Origin: Nannocystis bainbridge
GTDB lineage: Bacteria; Myxococcota_A; Polyangia; Nannocystales; Nannocystaceae
Length of the DNA: 64,000 nucleotides
Direction: 5' to 3'
NCBI RefSeq assembly: GCF_028368995.1
Contig: NZ_JAQNDL010000001.1
Span: 1,728,001-1,792,000, forward strand
Positions 10,398 to 22,342 of this stretch are shown in pieces. Below the pieces are notes generated by a model that saw nothing but the letters and a program-made list of their open reading frames with translations, did not search any database and was not told the origin of the DNA. Position numbers and translations under genes: made by a program. Numbering within the stretch: the first letter of the stretch is position 1; each line of letters opens with the position of its first letter.

Positions 10398-10976
10398 ATG
10401 CGACGCATGATCTTGGGTTCGGTATTGATGATGACGTGGGCCAATTTCGGGTGTGACGTCGAGCCGCCGGAGGGCGAGGCGCTGCAGGTCGAAGGGGCCG
10501 CCGACGAGCTCGCGGCCGCCGAGGGCGACGATCCGGTCCAGGGCCAGCCCCTGCCCGGCCCCGTCGATTTGACCACCCCGGTGCAGGCCACGGGCGCCAA
10601 CTACTTCGTCCCTGTCGGCACCCACGAGACCTTCAACTGCAGCAAGATCGCCGGCTGGGTCAAGGACGGCGACACCACCGCCCCGACCTGGGTGACCATC
10701 CATCGCGACGCGCCCTATCCCTATGGCGAGCCGATCGCCACCGTCACCGCCGACCTCTATCGCAGCGACCTGCCGTTCGGCGACAAGAACCACGGCTTTT
10801 CCATCAACACCCCGGCCTCGCTCAAGACCGGTTATACTGAGACGATCTATATCCACGGGATCAACGTCGACGCCAACGGCGACTGGGACGTGACCGCCAA
10901 CAGCCCCCTGCTCAGCCAGACCGGCAAGAGCATCTGCTGCGGCGTCGGTTGCCTGAAGCCGGACGTGCAGAACTAG
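10398..10976 (+). CDS. Putative lipoprotein
   Basis: MRRMILGSVLMMTWANFGC lipobox; beta-rich domain with IAGWVKD, ADLYRSDL and HGFSINTP. Confidence 0.8.
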   Translation: MRRMILGSVLMMTWANFGCDVEPPEGEALQVEGAADELAAAEGDDPVQGQPLPGPVDLTTPVQATGANYFVPVGTHETFNCSKIAGWVKDGDTTAPTWVTIHRDAPYPYGEPIATVTADLYRSDLPFGDKNHGFSINTPASLKTGYTETIYIHGINVDANGDWDVTANSPLLSQTGKSICCGVGCLKPDVQN

Positions 10977-10982
10977 CCCCCG

Positions 10983-11018
10983 GCGGGCGATCCGTCGCAG
11001 CGGCGACGGGTCGCCCGC
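10983..11018 (+). terminator. Strong hairpin directly after the lipoprotein stop (terminator or mRNA-stabilising stem)
   Basis: GCGGGCGATCCGTCGC-AGCG-GCGACGGGTCGCCCGC: 16-bp stem with one G-U pair; no U-tract. Confidence 0.55.
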
Positions 11019-11082
11019 GCTGTGGCCACCGCGTGATTCCCCTCTGGGGCCCTCGTACGTTTTCCCCCATGCTCATGCTGCG

Positions 11083-11652
11083 ATGCCGGACCGCGAGCCT
11101 GCGATGGACATGACGGTTTTGCTAAGGGCGTGGAGCTCGGGCGAGGAGCGGGCCCGCGAGGCCCTCATCGCCATGGTCTACGGTCAGCTGCGGAGCATCG
11201 CTCGCCGGCAGCTGCGGCGCGAGCGACACAATCACACCTTGCAGCCCACCGCCGTCGTCCACGAGGCCTACGCGCGGCTGATGGCCCACGACCCGATCGC
11301 CTGGCAGGACCGGCGCCATTTCTTCGCCGTCATCACCCGGGCCATGCGCCACGTGTTGGTCGACCACGCGCGGGCGCGCCTGGCCGGCAAGCGCGACGGC
11401 GGCGTGATCGAGGGCTGGGACGACGTCGCCACCGAGGTCGGCCTCGTGCGCGCGCCCGAGCTGCTGGCGATCGACGAAGCGCTGACCCAGCTCGCCGCCA
11501 TCGACCCGCACAAGGCCCAACTGGTCCAGCTGCGGTTCTTCGGCGGCCTCTCGCTCGAGGAGACCGCCGAGCTGCTCGGCTGCTCGCGCGCCACCGTGGT
11601 CCGCGACTGGCGGATGGCGCGGGCCTGGCTGTTCCGCGAGCTCGGACGGTGA
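11083..11652 (+). CDS. ECF sigma factor, kinase-associated type (TIGR02999/ECF43-like)
   Basis: HTLQPTAVVHEAY, WQDRRHFFA, LRFFGGLSLEETAELLG; directly followed by a Ser/Thr kinase. Confidence 0.92.
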   Translation: MPDREPAMDMTVLLRAWSSGEERAREALIAMVYGQLRSIARRQLRRERHNHTLQPTAVVHEAYARLMAHDPIAWQDRRHFFAVITRAMRHVLVDHARARLAGKRDGGVIEGWDDVATEVGLVRAPELLAIDEALTQLAAIDPHKAQLVQLRFFGGLSLEETAELLGCSRATVVRDWRMARAWLFRELGR

Positions 11653-11655
11653 GCC

Positions 11656-13884
11656 ATGAACGATCGCTGGCAGCAGCTCGAAGCGCTCGTGCAGGCCGCC
11701 CTCGATTGCTCCGTCGAGCGCCGCGGCGCCGTCGTGGCCGGCCTCACCGACGACCTCGACTTGCGCGCCGAGGCGCTCGAGCTGGCCGACGCCCACGACC
11801 GCGCCGGTGATTTCCTCGAGCCGTCGTCCGAGCCGCCGGACCCGACCGCCATCGGCCCCTACCGCGTGATCCGCCGCCTCGGCAGCGGCGGCATGGGCGA
11901 CGTCTATCTGGCCCGCCGCGACGACCAGGAGTTCGCGCGCGACGTCGCCGTCAAGCTGCTCGCGCCGGGGCTCTACGGCCGCGATTTCGTGCGCCGCTTC
12001 CGCGCCGAGCGCCAGATCCTCGCCCGCCTCGATCACCCCAACATCGCCCGCCTCCACGACGGCGGCGCCCACTTCGACGGCCGGCCCTACCTGGTGATGG
12101 AGCTCGTCGAGGGCGTGCCGCTCGACCGCTTCTGCGAGCAGCGGCGCCTCGGGCTGAGCGAGCGTCTGGGGCTCGTGCTCGCGGTGTGCGACGCCGTCGA
12201 CTACGCCCATCATCGCCTCGTCCTCCACCTCGATCTCAAGCCCGAGAACATCCTCGTCATGGCTGACGGCGCCCCCAAGCTGCTCGATTTCGGGGTCGCC
12301 AAGCTGATCGATCCAGCCAGCGCCGCCACCCTGCACACCACCCGTACCGGCCCGCGCCCGCACACCCCCCATTACGCCAGCCCCGAGCAGCGCGCCGGCG
12401 GCTCGCTCACCACCGCCAGCGACGTCTACTCGCTCGGCGTCGTGCTCTACCGGCTGCTCAGCGGTCGGCTGCCGCACCCCGAGGTCGGCGCGGGCGACAG
12501 CGCCTCCTCGCCCCTGCCGCGCCGGCCGAGCGCCCCCGATCCGCACGGAGCGATCCACGACACCGGCGAGCCCGAGCTCACGGCGCGGCTGCGTCGGCAG
12601 CTCGCGGGCGACCTCGACGCGATCGTGCTCAAGGCCCTGCGCCACGAGCCCGCGCTGCGCTACGACACCGTCGACAAGCTGGCCGAGGACCTCCGCCGCC
12701 ATCGCCGGGGCCTGCCCGTGCTGGCGCGCCAGGGCACCTTCCGCTACCGCGCCGGCAAGCTCGTGCGCCGGCACGCGCGCGCGCTGATCGTGGCCGCGCT
12801 GGGCCTCGCGCTGCTGGTCGGCTTCTCCGTCGCCATGACGATCCAGGCCGCACGGCTCGCGGAGGAGCGGCGCACCGCCGAGACCATCGGCGCCTTCCTC
12901 GTCGACCTCGTCACCCACGCGCCCAGCGACGACACCCTCGCGCGCGAGCTCACCGTCGGCCAGATCCTCGACTATGGCCGCAGCCTGCTCGCGCAGCCGC
13001 ACGTGTACGCGAGCCCCGAGATCGACACCGAGCTGCGCATCGTGCTGGCGCGGCTGCTCCGCAGCGCCGAGCAGCACGACGAGGCCGAGGCGCTGCTGCA
13101 GCGGGCGCTCGCCGATCGCCTGGCGCAGCGCGGCGAGGGTCATGGCGACGTCGCCGAGGTCCGGCTCGAGCTCGGGCGGCTGAGCTTCGAGCGCGACCGC
13201 GAGGCCGAGGCCGAGCGCGAGCTGGTGCCCGCGCTCGCGGTCCTCGAGCGTGAGCGCGACCTGGCCGACCGCGACATCGTCACCGCGCGGCTCCTCATGA
13301 CCCAGGTGTCGCCCCTGCAGCGGAACATGAACGACCCCGCGCCGCTGCTGGACCGCGCGCTCGCGCCATTGGCCGCCCGTGCCGTCACCACGCGCGACCA
13401 CCTCGACCTTTTGACGCTCCGCAACTTCCGCGCTCTGCTGGTCCGGCGCGTCGACCTCGAAGCCGCCATCCTCGAGCTCGAGGCGATCGTCGCCGAGTTC
13501 ACCGCGCGCGGCCTGCCGCCCTACCCCGGCCTCACCCAGTCGCTCATGGACCTCGGCACCTCGTACCGCTGGGCCGGTCGGCCGCGCGAGGCCATCGCCA
13601 CCTTCGAGCGCGCGCTGCGGATCCACGACGAGGGCCAGGACCTCCCGCCGTGGCACCGGCTGCCGTTCGAGATCGGCCTGGCCCGGGCCCACCGCGCCGC
13701 GGGCGATCGCGTCGCCAGCGAGCGCATCCTCCGGCGGGCGCTCGCGCTGTCGGTCGCCAGCCTCCACGAGAACCACGAGGAGACCCGCATCATCGCCAGC
13801 TACCTCGGCGACGAGCTGCGCGACGCGGGCCGCCTCGCCGAGCTCGCGGCCCACGAGCGCCGGTTCCCGCCGCGGGGGCATTGA
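11656..13884 (+). CDS. Membrane Ser/Thr protein kinase with TPR-like C-terminus
   Basis: LGSGGMGDVY, VAVK, HLDLKPEN, DFG, YASPEQ, one TM segment, then helical repeats. Confidence 0.93.
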   Translation: MNDRWQQLEALVQAALDCSVERRGAVVAGLTDDLDLRAEALELADAHDRAGDFLEPSSEPPDPTAIGPYRVIRRLGSGGMGDVYLARRDDQEFARDVAVKLLAPGLYGRDFVRRFRAERQILARLDHPNIARLHDGGAHFDGRPYLVMELVEGVPLDRFCEQRRLGLSERLGLVLAVCDAVDYAHHRLVLHLDLKPENILVMADGAPKLLDFGVAKLIDPASAATLHTTRTGPRPHTPHYASPEQRAGGSLTTASDVYSLGVVLYRLLSGRLPHPEVGAGDSASSPLPRRPSAPDPHGAIHDTGEPELTARLRRQLAGDLDAIVLKALRHEPALRYDTVDKLAEDLRRHRRGLPVLARQGTFRYRAGKLVRRHARALIVAALGLALLVGFSVAMTIQAARLAEERRTAETIGAFLVDLVTHAPSDDTLARELTVGQILDYGRSLLAQPHVYASPEIDTELRIVLARLLRSAEQHDEAEALLQRALADRLAQRGEGHGDVAEVRLELGRLSFERDREAEAERELVPALAVLERERDLADRDIVTARLLMTQVSPLQRNMNDPAPLLDRALAPLAARAVTTRDHLDLLTLRNFRALLVRRVDLEAAILELEAIVAEFTARGLPPYPGLTQSLMDLGTSYRWAGRPREAIATFERALRIHDEGQDLPPWHRLPFEIGLARAHRAAGDRVASERILRRALALSVASLHENHEETRIIASYLGDELRDAGRLAELAAHERRFPPRGH

Positions 13885-14122
13885 CTGCGACACCCACGAA
13901 TCGGGCCGCCGGCGGACGCCCCTTATTTATGTCCCCCGGGACATGTCCGATCGGTCATCCACGAAGCATGGCCCGCGGCTCCGCAAGCGCAGAGCAGGTC
14001 ACCCCCGAGCGCGCGGCCGCCGTGATGCGCGGCGCGGTCTCACGGGACGTCGCTCGCAATCGGCCATGGTCGCGCGATTCCGCGGCTTCGTCGCGCCCGT
14101 CGTTCTCGGGTATTTTGCCGCG

Positions 14123-15334
14123 ATGATCGTGCGCCTCCTCGGGCCCTCGTGCATCGCCGCCGGCCTCGTCCTCACCGGTTGCGGCGACGACGGCGGCCGC
14201 GGCGACAGCACCGCGACGACGCAGCCGGGCACCGCCTCGACCGCGAGCCCCACGAGCGAGCCGACGACCTCGACGTCCTCGACGTCTTCGACCTCCTCGA
14301 CCACCGCGCTGCCGACCGGCACCACCGACGACACCGCGACGACCGGGCCGGTCGCGACCACCACGACCGACGCGACCAGCACGACGACCACCGGCGCGAG
14401 CACGACCCTCGACACCGAGGGCACCACTGGCAGTTGCCTCGACGTCCTGCCGACCCCGGCCGGGCCCGAGGCCGTGCTCGCGGCCGAGTACGCCGCCGAT
14501 TACGTCGCCTACGACCTCGGCCCGGTGCCCAGGGACGGCGGCGGCGTGCTGCCGCGGCTCGGCGGCCTCGTCGTGTTCCCCGACGATCCGCTCATGGCCT
14601 ACGTCGTCGGTCCCTCGGAGGTCGACGCCGCCGAGCTGCACGTGGTGCCGCTCGAGCGTGGCCCGTGCGGCCACATCATCGGCTTCGGGGGCGGCGCGGT
14701 GAAGCTGCTCGGCTCGCCCTACCTCGACCTGATGACCAATGGCCCGAAGGGGGTCGTGTTCATCTCGCACTACCCGACCAACATGCTGTCGCAGATCGTG
14801 CCTGGCGCCCCGGCGCTGGCCAGCACCATCGATCTCGGGCCGCTCGGCGTCGAGGCCACGTGGAGCCCGGGCGGCCTCAACTTCGTGCCGCCCGGCTACC
14901 CCGACGCCGGCATGCTGCGGATCATGGGCTACCCGTACATGCAACAGAACTCGGTGATGGGCTCGTGGTACCGCGCCGACATCACTTACAACGGCACGTC
15001 CTACGACATCGCCCCGGTCGAGAAGACGGTCGAGCTCCCGGGCGGCCCCGGCGGGTTCGCGTACATCCCCGCGGGCTCGCCCGGGTTCCCCGAGCAGCGC
15101 ATCATGGTCACCGAGTGGCTGACCCAGCCGCGCCGCGTCTCCTCCTACGCTGTCGACGCCGAGGGCGACCCGATCGTCGACTCGCACAAGCCGTTCTTCG
15201 AGTCGTTCGTCAACCCGTGGGGCTCGTACTTCGAGCCCGAGACCGGCGATTACATCTTCCTGCAGTGGGAGGCCCAGCCGGACCACGTGTATATCGTCCA
15301 GGGCTTCGTGCCCCCGCCGCCGATCCCCGGGTGA
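14123..15334 (+). CDS. Thr/Ser-rich lipoprotein with beta-propeller-like domain
   Basis: Lipobox LVLTGC, a long T/S linker, then a globular domain. Confidence 0.8.
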   Translation: MIVRLLGPSCIAAGLVLTGCGDDGGRGDSTATTQPGTASTASPTSEPTTSTSSTSSTSSTTALPTGTTDDTATTGPVATTTTDATSTTTTGASTTLDTEGTTGSCLDVLPTPAGPEAVLAAEYAADYVAYDLGPVPRDGGGVLPRLGGLVVFPDDPLMAYVVGPSEVDAAELHVVPLERGPCGHIIGFGGGAVKLLGSPYLDLMTNGPKGVVFISHYPTNMLSQIVPGAPALASTIDLGPLGVEATWSPGGLNFVPPGYPDAGMLRIMGYPYMQQNSVMGSWYRADITYNGTSYDIAPVEKTVELPGGPGGFAYIPAGSPGFPEQRIMVTEWLTQPRRVSSYAVDAEGDPIVDSHKPFFESFVNPWGSYFEPETGDYIFLQWEAQPDHVYIVQGFVPPPPIPG

Positions 15335-15440
15335 GCGGGCCGCAGCGATGACTCCGCGACGACTTCCGCGCGCCCTCCTGGCACAGTCCTGAAGTCGCGC
15401 CCCGCGGCGCCCGTCGGCCCGTGGTACAGTGCCTGCAATC

Positions 15441-15863
15441 ATGGCGTCGAGCTCGAGCGGGACCATGCGGCTGACGCGAGAGGGGGACATCGTCCATCTC
15501 CAGATCTGCGGCCCGCTCGACCTCGGCCGGGCCACGCAGATGCTCGAGCTCGTGGGCCAGGTCCAGCGCGAGACGGGCCGGGCCTACCTGCTCGCCGACC
15601 TGACCCAGCTCGAAGGCATCCCGGCCGATGCGCGGCGCGCCATCGGCGAGTGGAGCAAGACGAATATCGCCACCGCCGCCGCGCTGTACGGGGCCAACTT
15701 CGCCGCGCGCACGTTGACGAGCCTGCTGTACCAGGCGGTGCGGATAGTCGGCAACAAGCAGTTCGAGCTGGAGTTCGCCCGCGACGAGGCCGCGGGGCGC
15801 CGCTGGCTCGACGCCCATCGCGCCAGCCACGGCGGCGAAGGTCCACGAGGCGAGCCTGCCTGA
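15441..15863 (+). CDS. STAS/SEC14 (SpoIIAA-like) domain protein
   Basis: YLLADLTQLEGIPADARR, AALYGANF and FARDEAAGRRWL are typical of the myxobacterial SpoIIAA-like family. Confidence 0.8.
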   Translation: MASSSSGTMRLTREGDIVHLQICGPLDLGRATQMLELVGQVQRETGRAYLLADLTQLEGIPADARRAIGEWSKTNIATAAALYGANFAARTLTSLLYQAVRIVGNKQFELEFARDEAAGRRWLDAHRASHGGEGPRGEPA

Positions 15864-16595
15864 GATCGATGCGCGTCGGAAGACGCGGGGTCTGGAGAGC
15901 TGGGTGACGGCGGGCACGGAGCGGCGTAGCGGTCCCTCGCCACGGCGGGGCCCTCCCAGGCAACGTGCTCGGCGCCCTCGGGCTTCGATGGCAATATGTC
16001 TCTTGGGACATGTTCGTATGTGCTTCGGCGATTGAGGGGCATGCGCGCCGGCGTCGGCGTGCCCGCACATGAGAAGGCGTGGCGGCCGGCTCGCCTCGCT
16101 CGATGCTCGCGCGCTTGCGAGGACGCGGGTCGCCGCGCTCGCCTCGCGCGCTGTCATCACTCCAGCGCGCTGGTTCCGAGTCGCTCGCCCGCATCGTCAC
16201 ACGACCGACCTGGACCGTCCGAGTTTGTGATGAGCGGGACCCCCGCAGATCGGCCGACTCGCGTCAGTGTCCACGGCGCCGACTGGCACGATCTCGACTC
16301 ACCCCGGCAGCCTGCATCGGGCGGTGGATGTGGCATCGCGCTCGCGTACACTCGCCCGTGCTTCGCGTCTGCCGCGGTCCTGCTCGCTCGCGCGCGACAT
16401 GGTTCCATGGGCCCGTCTTGTGGTCGTGAAACCTCGCGCGGACTGGTGCGACATTTGTCCGATCAGGACCTCACGAGAGGCGTCGAGGAGCCGGTCATGC
16501 GAGGACCGAATGCACGCCTGCCGCACACCCTGACGTTTCGCCGTGACGAAGCTGCTTTCGGCTGGCGTCGCCTTTGTGGTATCTTTACGCAGTTC

Positions 16596-16946
16596 ATGGC
16601 CTCGGCCGCGGCTGCAAAGGGGAGATCGGTGTTGGCGCTGCTCATCGCAGCGTTCACGCTCCTGTTTTCTGCCGCGCCGGACTCGCTCTGGACGGCGGAG
16701 CACGGCGCTGATGACAGCACCGTCTCCGTCGCGGGGCAGCATGACGGCTCCCTGGTCTCGCGGCACGAGCAGTCCTCCGTGCCTTCGCCGCGCCGCGATC
16801 GGAGCAACCCGGACCCCGTGCGGTTCGACCCTGTCATGGTGGTCGATCACGCATGGGACCCGTGGCCGACGCCGATAACGAGCGTGACCGCCGGGATGCG
16901 CCGTATTCGCAGTCAGCACGCGCGTGGCCCGCCGGCCGTCGGCTGA
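16596..16946 (+). CDS. Small exported leader protein ending in RGPP (candidate ribosome arrest peptide)
   Basis: N-terminal KGR plus hydrophobic VLALLIAAFTLLFSAA, a polar linker, and C-terminus RIRSQHARGPPAVG*. Confidence 0.65.
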   Translation: MASAAAAKGRSVLALLIAAFTLLFSAAPDSLWTAEHGADDSTVSVAGQHDGSLVSRHEQSSVPSPRRDRSNPDPVRFDPVMVVDHAWDPWPTPITSVTAGMRRIRSQHARGPPAVG

Positions 16947-17009
16947 CTTCGTGACGCTCGTGGAGCCCTACGCTCCGTGACCGCCGAAGTCCGCGAATCG
17001 CAGCCGACG
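16937..17009 (+). promoter_or_regulatory. Nested mRNA stem-loop covering the uORF stop codon
   Basis: CGTCGGCTG (16937-45) pairs with CAGCCGACG (17001-09); ACTTCG (16946-51) with CGAAGT (16985-90); TCGTGGAGC (16958-66) with GCTCCGTGA (16972-80). Confidence 0.55.
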
Positions 17010-17170
17010 ACGACAGCCTGAGAACCAGGTCCCTGGCCACCCTTCGGGTGATACGCGCCATGCCGCATCGACGTGCCGTCGACAGCGCCTTGGGCCGTCA
17101 CCACTCCTGCGACAACGAGCCCCCCGACGCATGGGGCCACGCCCGAGCCTTGCCCGAAATCGACCCTTCG

Positions 17171-19242
17171 ATGACTGACCAAACGCGAGTGTCCGCCCGC
17201 GTGCTCGAGCTCCTCGCGGAGAGCGCCGGCCACGGACTGTCGCTGCACCTGGCCCACGAGGCCGCCCGCAGCGTCCGCTTCAACGACGGCGACTGGCTCG
17301 GGCCGGCGGCCAAGGCCCTGCGCCGGGCCGGGCTCAAGGCGTCTCGCTTCGCCTTCGACGGCCCGCGCGAGCTCCTGCGCCTGCGCACGCTCGAGACCCC
17401 GGCGGTCACCCGCGTCGGCAAGCGCTGGCTCCTGATGCTCGGCGAGCGCGCCGGCGTGCTCGACCTGCGCGTCGTCGACGACCTCGGCGAGCAGGTGCTG
17501 CCGCTGCGCGGGCCGGCGCTGGCCGGCTGGCTCGCCGACCACGGCGCGACCTGGCCGCTGACCTGGCTGGCGGTCGAGCCGCAGCTCATGTACGCCGCCC
17601 TGACGCAGGCGCCGACCGACGCGCGCCGGCTGCTGCGGGCCCTCCGGCTCGAGCGCCGCGGGATCTACGTCGTGCTCGTCTACGGCGTCGCCATCGCCGC
17701 GGCCTCGCTCGCCGTCCCGCTGGCCACCCAGGCGCTGGTCAACACGATCTCGGCCACGGCGATGCTCGACCAGATCGTGATCCTGGCGATCTTGCTGGCG
17801 TTGACGCTGAGCGCGGTCGCGTTCCTGCGGGTGCTGCAGCTGGTGGCCGTCGAGCGGATCCACCGCCGCTGGTGGGTGCGCGGCGCGACCGACTGGATCC
17901 GGCGCATGGGCCAGACGTCGCGCGCGGCCCGGCAGTCGGCCTCGACCCGCGACCTGACCAACCGCTTCCTCGACGTCGCCATGCTGCAAAAAGACGTCGC
18001 GGCGCTGCTGCTGAACGGCTCGTCGCTGGTGCTGGTGATGCTGGCCAGCCTGGTGCTGCTGGGCTTCTACCACCCGGTCCTGCTGGCCTTCGACGCGGTG
18101 CTGATCTTCAGCATCGGCGCCGTCCTGCTCGCCGGCATCGGCGCGACCGCCGGGGCCAAGCGCGAGGCCAGCGCGCGCTGGGCCGTGTTCGCGTGGATGG
18201 ACGAGGTCGCCGGCGGCCGCCTCACCTTCTCGAACCCCCGCGGCCGCGCCCTCGCCGACGGCCGCGGCGAGTTCCTGATCCGCGACTGGCTGGACGCGCG
18301 CGGCCGCTACTTCAAGCCGCTGCTCCGCCACGTGATCGCCGGCGCCGGCCTCGAGGTCATCGCCACCGTCGCGGTGCTGGCGATCGGCGGCTCGCTGGTG
18401 ATCCAGGGCGAGCTCGAGCTCGGCCAGCTGGTGGCGGCCTCGGTCCTGGTGTCGCAGATCGGCTCCGGCGTCGGCCGCCTCGGCCGCCAGCTCGACCCGA
18501 TCTACGAGGGCATCGCCTCGGTCGCGTCGATGGGCAAGGCCCTCGACGCCGACCTCGAGCCGAGCGGCGGCGAGGTCCTGCCGCGCCGCCCCGTCCCGCT
18601 CGGGCTCGAGCTGGTCGACGACGCCGGCACCGTGGTCCTGGCCCTCAAGCCCGGCGAGCGCGCGGCGCTGGTCGGCGCCACCGACAGCCACAGCCGCGTG
18701 CTCGACCTGATCTACGGGTTCTTCGGCCGCACCTGGCTGCCGAACCTGTCGGCCCGGCTCGACGGCCACGACGTGCACCTGCTCGAGCTCGAGAGCCTGC
18801 GCGACCAGGTCGCGCTGGTCCGCGGCGGCGAGATCGTGGCCACCACCGCGCTGCAGAACCTCGTCGGCGCCAACTGGACCGGCCACGCCTCCGAGCTCGA
18901 TACACTGCTCGACCTCGTCGACCTCCAGCCCGCGCTGCAGCGGCTCCCCAACGCCCTGCAAGAGGAGCTGCTGCCCGACGGCGACGCCGGTCCGCTGACC
19001 GAGACCGAGGTCCGCCGGGTCGTGCTGGTGCGAGCCCTGATCGCCGCCCCGCGGCTGCTGCTGCTCGACCTCGGGCTCGACCGCCTCGGCCTGGCGGCCC
19101 CGCGGCGCGCCGCCCTGCTCGACTGGATCTTCGACCGCCGCCGACCGTGGACCGTGCTCGTCGTCACCGACAGCGTCCACAGCCGCGACATCCTGGCCCG
19201 CTGCGACCAACAACAAGCGATCCGTATCGGAGGGAGCGAGCG

Positions 19243-19246
<4 letters not shown>
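17171..19246 (+). CDS. T1SS-type ABC transporter (C39-like N-terminal domain + TMD + degenerate NBD), copy 1
   Basis: HlyB-like TMD (GQLVAASVLVSQI); NBD motifs altered: LVGATDSHSR, LTETE, LLLLDLGLD, VVTD. Confidence 0.85.
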
Positions 19247-20565
<1,319 letters not shown>

Positions 20566-20566
20566 G

Positions 20567-22306
20567 ATGTCGACGCGAACCCTGCGACTCGCGAGCGCGG
20601 CCCTCCTGGGCGCCGGCCTGGTGGTGCCCGTCTCGGCAGCAGCCGCGGCGACCCCGCCCGCGACGGCCTCGACCCGGACAACCCCGGCCCCGACCCCGCC
20701 CCCCGGCCTCGCGCCGGCCCCGACCCCGACGGCCCCGACCCCCTCCCCGGTCCCGCGCGGCCGCACGCCGGCCACCATCCCTGAGAACCCGGTGCGAGAG
20801 GCCACCCGCGACCCCTCGCGCGACACCACACGCGACACCACGCGCGATCCGCCGCGGACCCCGGCGTGGGAGCCCGAGCCGCGCGAGCGGGCCGAGGAGG
20901 CCGCGCCGAAGGAGCGCCGCGGCCGGGTGCTGACATTGGCCGAGGTGCTCGACAGCGTCGAGCAACGCGACCCGCGGATGGAGGCCGCCGAGCTCGGGAT
21001 CCGCGGCGCGGAGGGCCAGGCCCGCTCGGCCCGCGGCACCTACGACCCGGTCCTGCGCGGCCGCGCCACGCTCGAGCCGATGTTCCGCAACGCCATCCTC
21101 GACACCCGCGTCGAGCAGCCGACGCCGCTGTGGGGCATGACCGCGTGGGTCGGCTGGCAGGTCGGCGTCGGCCGGCGGCCCTACTACAACACCACCCTCG
21201 ACAGCATCCTCGACATCGACGACCGCGTCGGCAGCCGCGACGTGCGCTCGACCGCCGGCACCCTGACGGCCGGGCTCACGCTGCCGCTGTGGCGCGACCG
21301 CAGCATCGACCGCCGGCGCGCCAACATCCGCCAGTCGAAGATGGAGACCGAGCGCATGCAGGAGGCCCGCGACGCCCGCCTGCTCGAGCTCGAGATCGAG
21401 GCGGCCACCAAGTACTGGACCTGGGTCGCCAACGGGCTCCGCCTCGAGATCGAGATGATGCTGCTCGACCTGGCGCAGACCCGCGACGAGGCGCTGCAGC
21501 GGCGCATCGAGCTCGGCGCCCTCGACCCGCTGGCCGGCGTCGACAACCAGCGCCTGATCCTCGACCGCGAGGGCCGCGTGGTCACGGCCGAGCGCGCGTT
21601 CCAGCAGGCCGGGCTCGAGCTGTCGCTGTACCTGCGCGACGCCAACGGCCAGCCGGTCGTGCCCGACCCCAACCGCCTGCCGAGCCGCCTGCCCGAGATG
21701 GTCAGCCCGGAGGCCGGCGGCAACATCGAGAGCGAGATCGGCGAGGCGCTCGAGCGCCGGCCCGACCGCAAGGCCCGCATGTTCCTCCGCTCGCAGGCCG
21801 AGGTCGAGCTGCGCTGGGCCAAGAACCAGCGCGCGCCGCGGGTCGAGCTGTCGGCCTGGGCCTCGCGCTACATGGGCCGGCCGCTGATCCCGGCCTTCAC
21901 CCGCAACGGCGCGGTAGTCTCGCTGCTGTTCGAGATCCCGATCCCGCTGCGAGCGTCCCGCGGCCAGCTCGAGGCGACCCGCGCGGCCGCCGAGAGCGTC
22001 GCCGCCGAGCTGCGCTTCCTCGACGACACGATCGCCGTGGCGATCCGCGACGGCCACTCCGCGCTGGTCGCCGCCTACCGCCGCGCCCGCCTGGCCAACC
22101 GCGAGGTCGAGCTGTCACGCCAGCTCGCGGCCTCCGAGTACCGCCGGTTCCAGCTCGGCGCCGGCGACCTGCTGCTCGTCAACCTGCGCGAGGTCGCCAG
22201 CGCCGACGCGGCCAACAACGAGATCCAGGCCGTCGCCGACTACTTCGTCGCCAAGGCGACGCTCGAGGTCTCGCTCGGGCGGGGCGTCCAGTCCGTGGCG
22301 CCGTGA
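20567..22306 (+). CDS. TolC-family outer membrane protein
   Basis: Signal peptide, Pro/Thr-rich N-terminal linker, LTLAEVLDSV, GLTLPLWR, EYRRFQLGAGDLLLVNLRE. Confidence 0.9.
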   Translation: MSTRTLRLASAALLGAGLVVPVSAAAAATPPATASTRTTPAPTPPPGLAPAPTPTAPTPSPVPRGRTPATIPENPVREATRDPSRDTTRDTTRDPPRTPAWEPEPRERAEEAAPKERRGRVLTLAEVLDSVEQRDPRMEAAELGIRGAEGQARSARGTYDPVLRGRATLEPMFRNAILDTRVEQPTPLWGMTAWVGWQVGVGRRPYYNTTLDSILDIDDRVGSRDVRSTAGTLTAGLTLPLWRDRSIDRRRANIRQSKMETERMQEARDARLLELEIEAATKYWTWVANGLRLEIEMMLLDLAQTRDEALQRRIELGALDPLAGVDNQRLILDREGRVVTAERAFQQAGLELSLYLRDANGQPVVPDPNRLPSRLPEMVSPEAGGNIESEIGEALERRPDRKARMFLRSQAEVELRWAKNQRAPRVELSAWASRYMGRPLIPAFTRNGAVVSLLFEIPIPLRASRGQLEATRAAAESVAAELRFLDDTIAVAIRDGHSALVAAYRRARLANREVELSRQLAASEYRRFQLGAGDLLLVNLREVASADAANNEIQAVADYFVAKATLEVSLGRGVQSVAP

Positions 22307-22342
22307 GCCCTTCCGCCAATCCGCAAGTTCGAGAGGTCATCC

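Noticed and set aside
16331-16345. Sigma-54-like TGGCA..GC element (similar ones near 59760 and 59845)
   Set aside because: GG-N10-GC without the TTGC context is too common in GC-rich DNA to call.
20640-20880. Pro/Thr-rich and TRD repeats at the TolC N-terminus; T/S tracts in lipoproteins
   Set aside because: Ordinary low-complexity linkers of myxobacterial envelope proteins.
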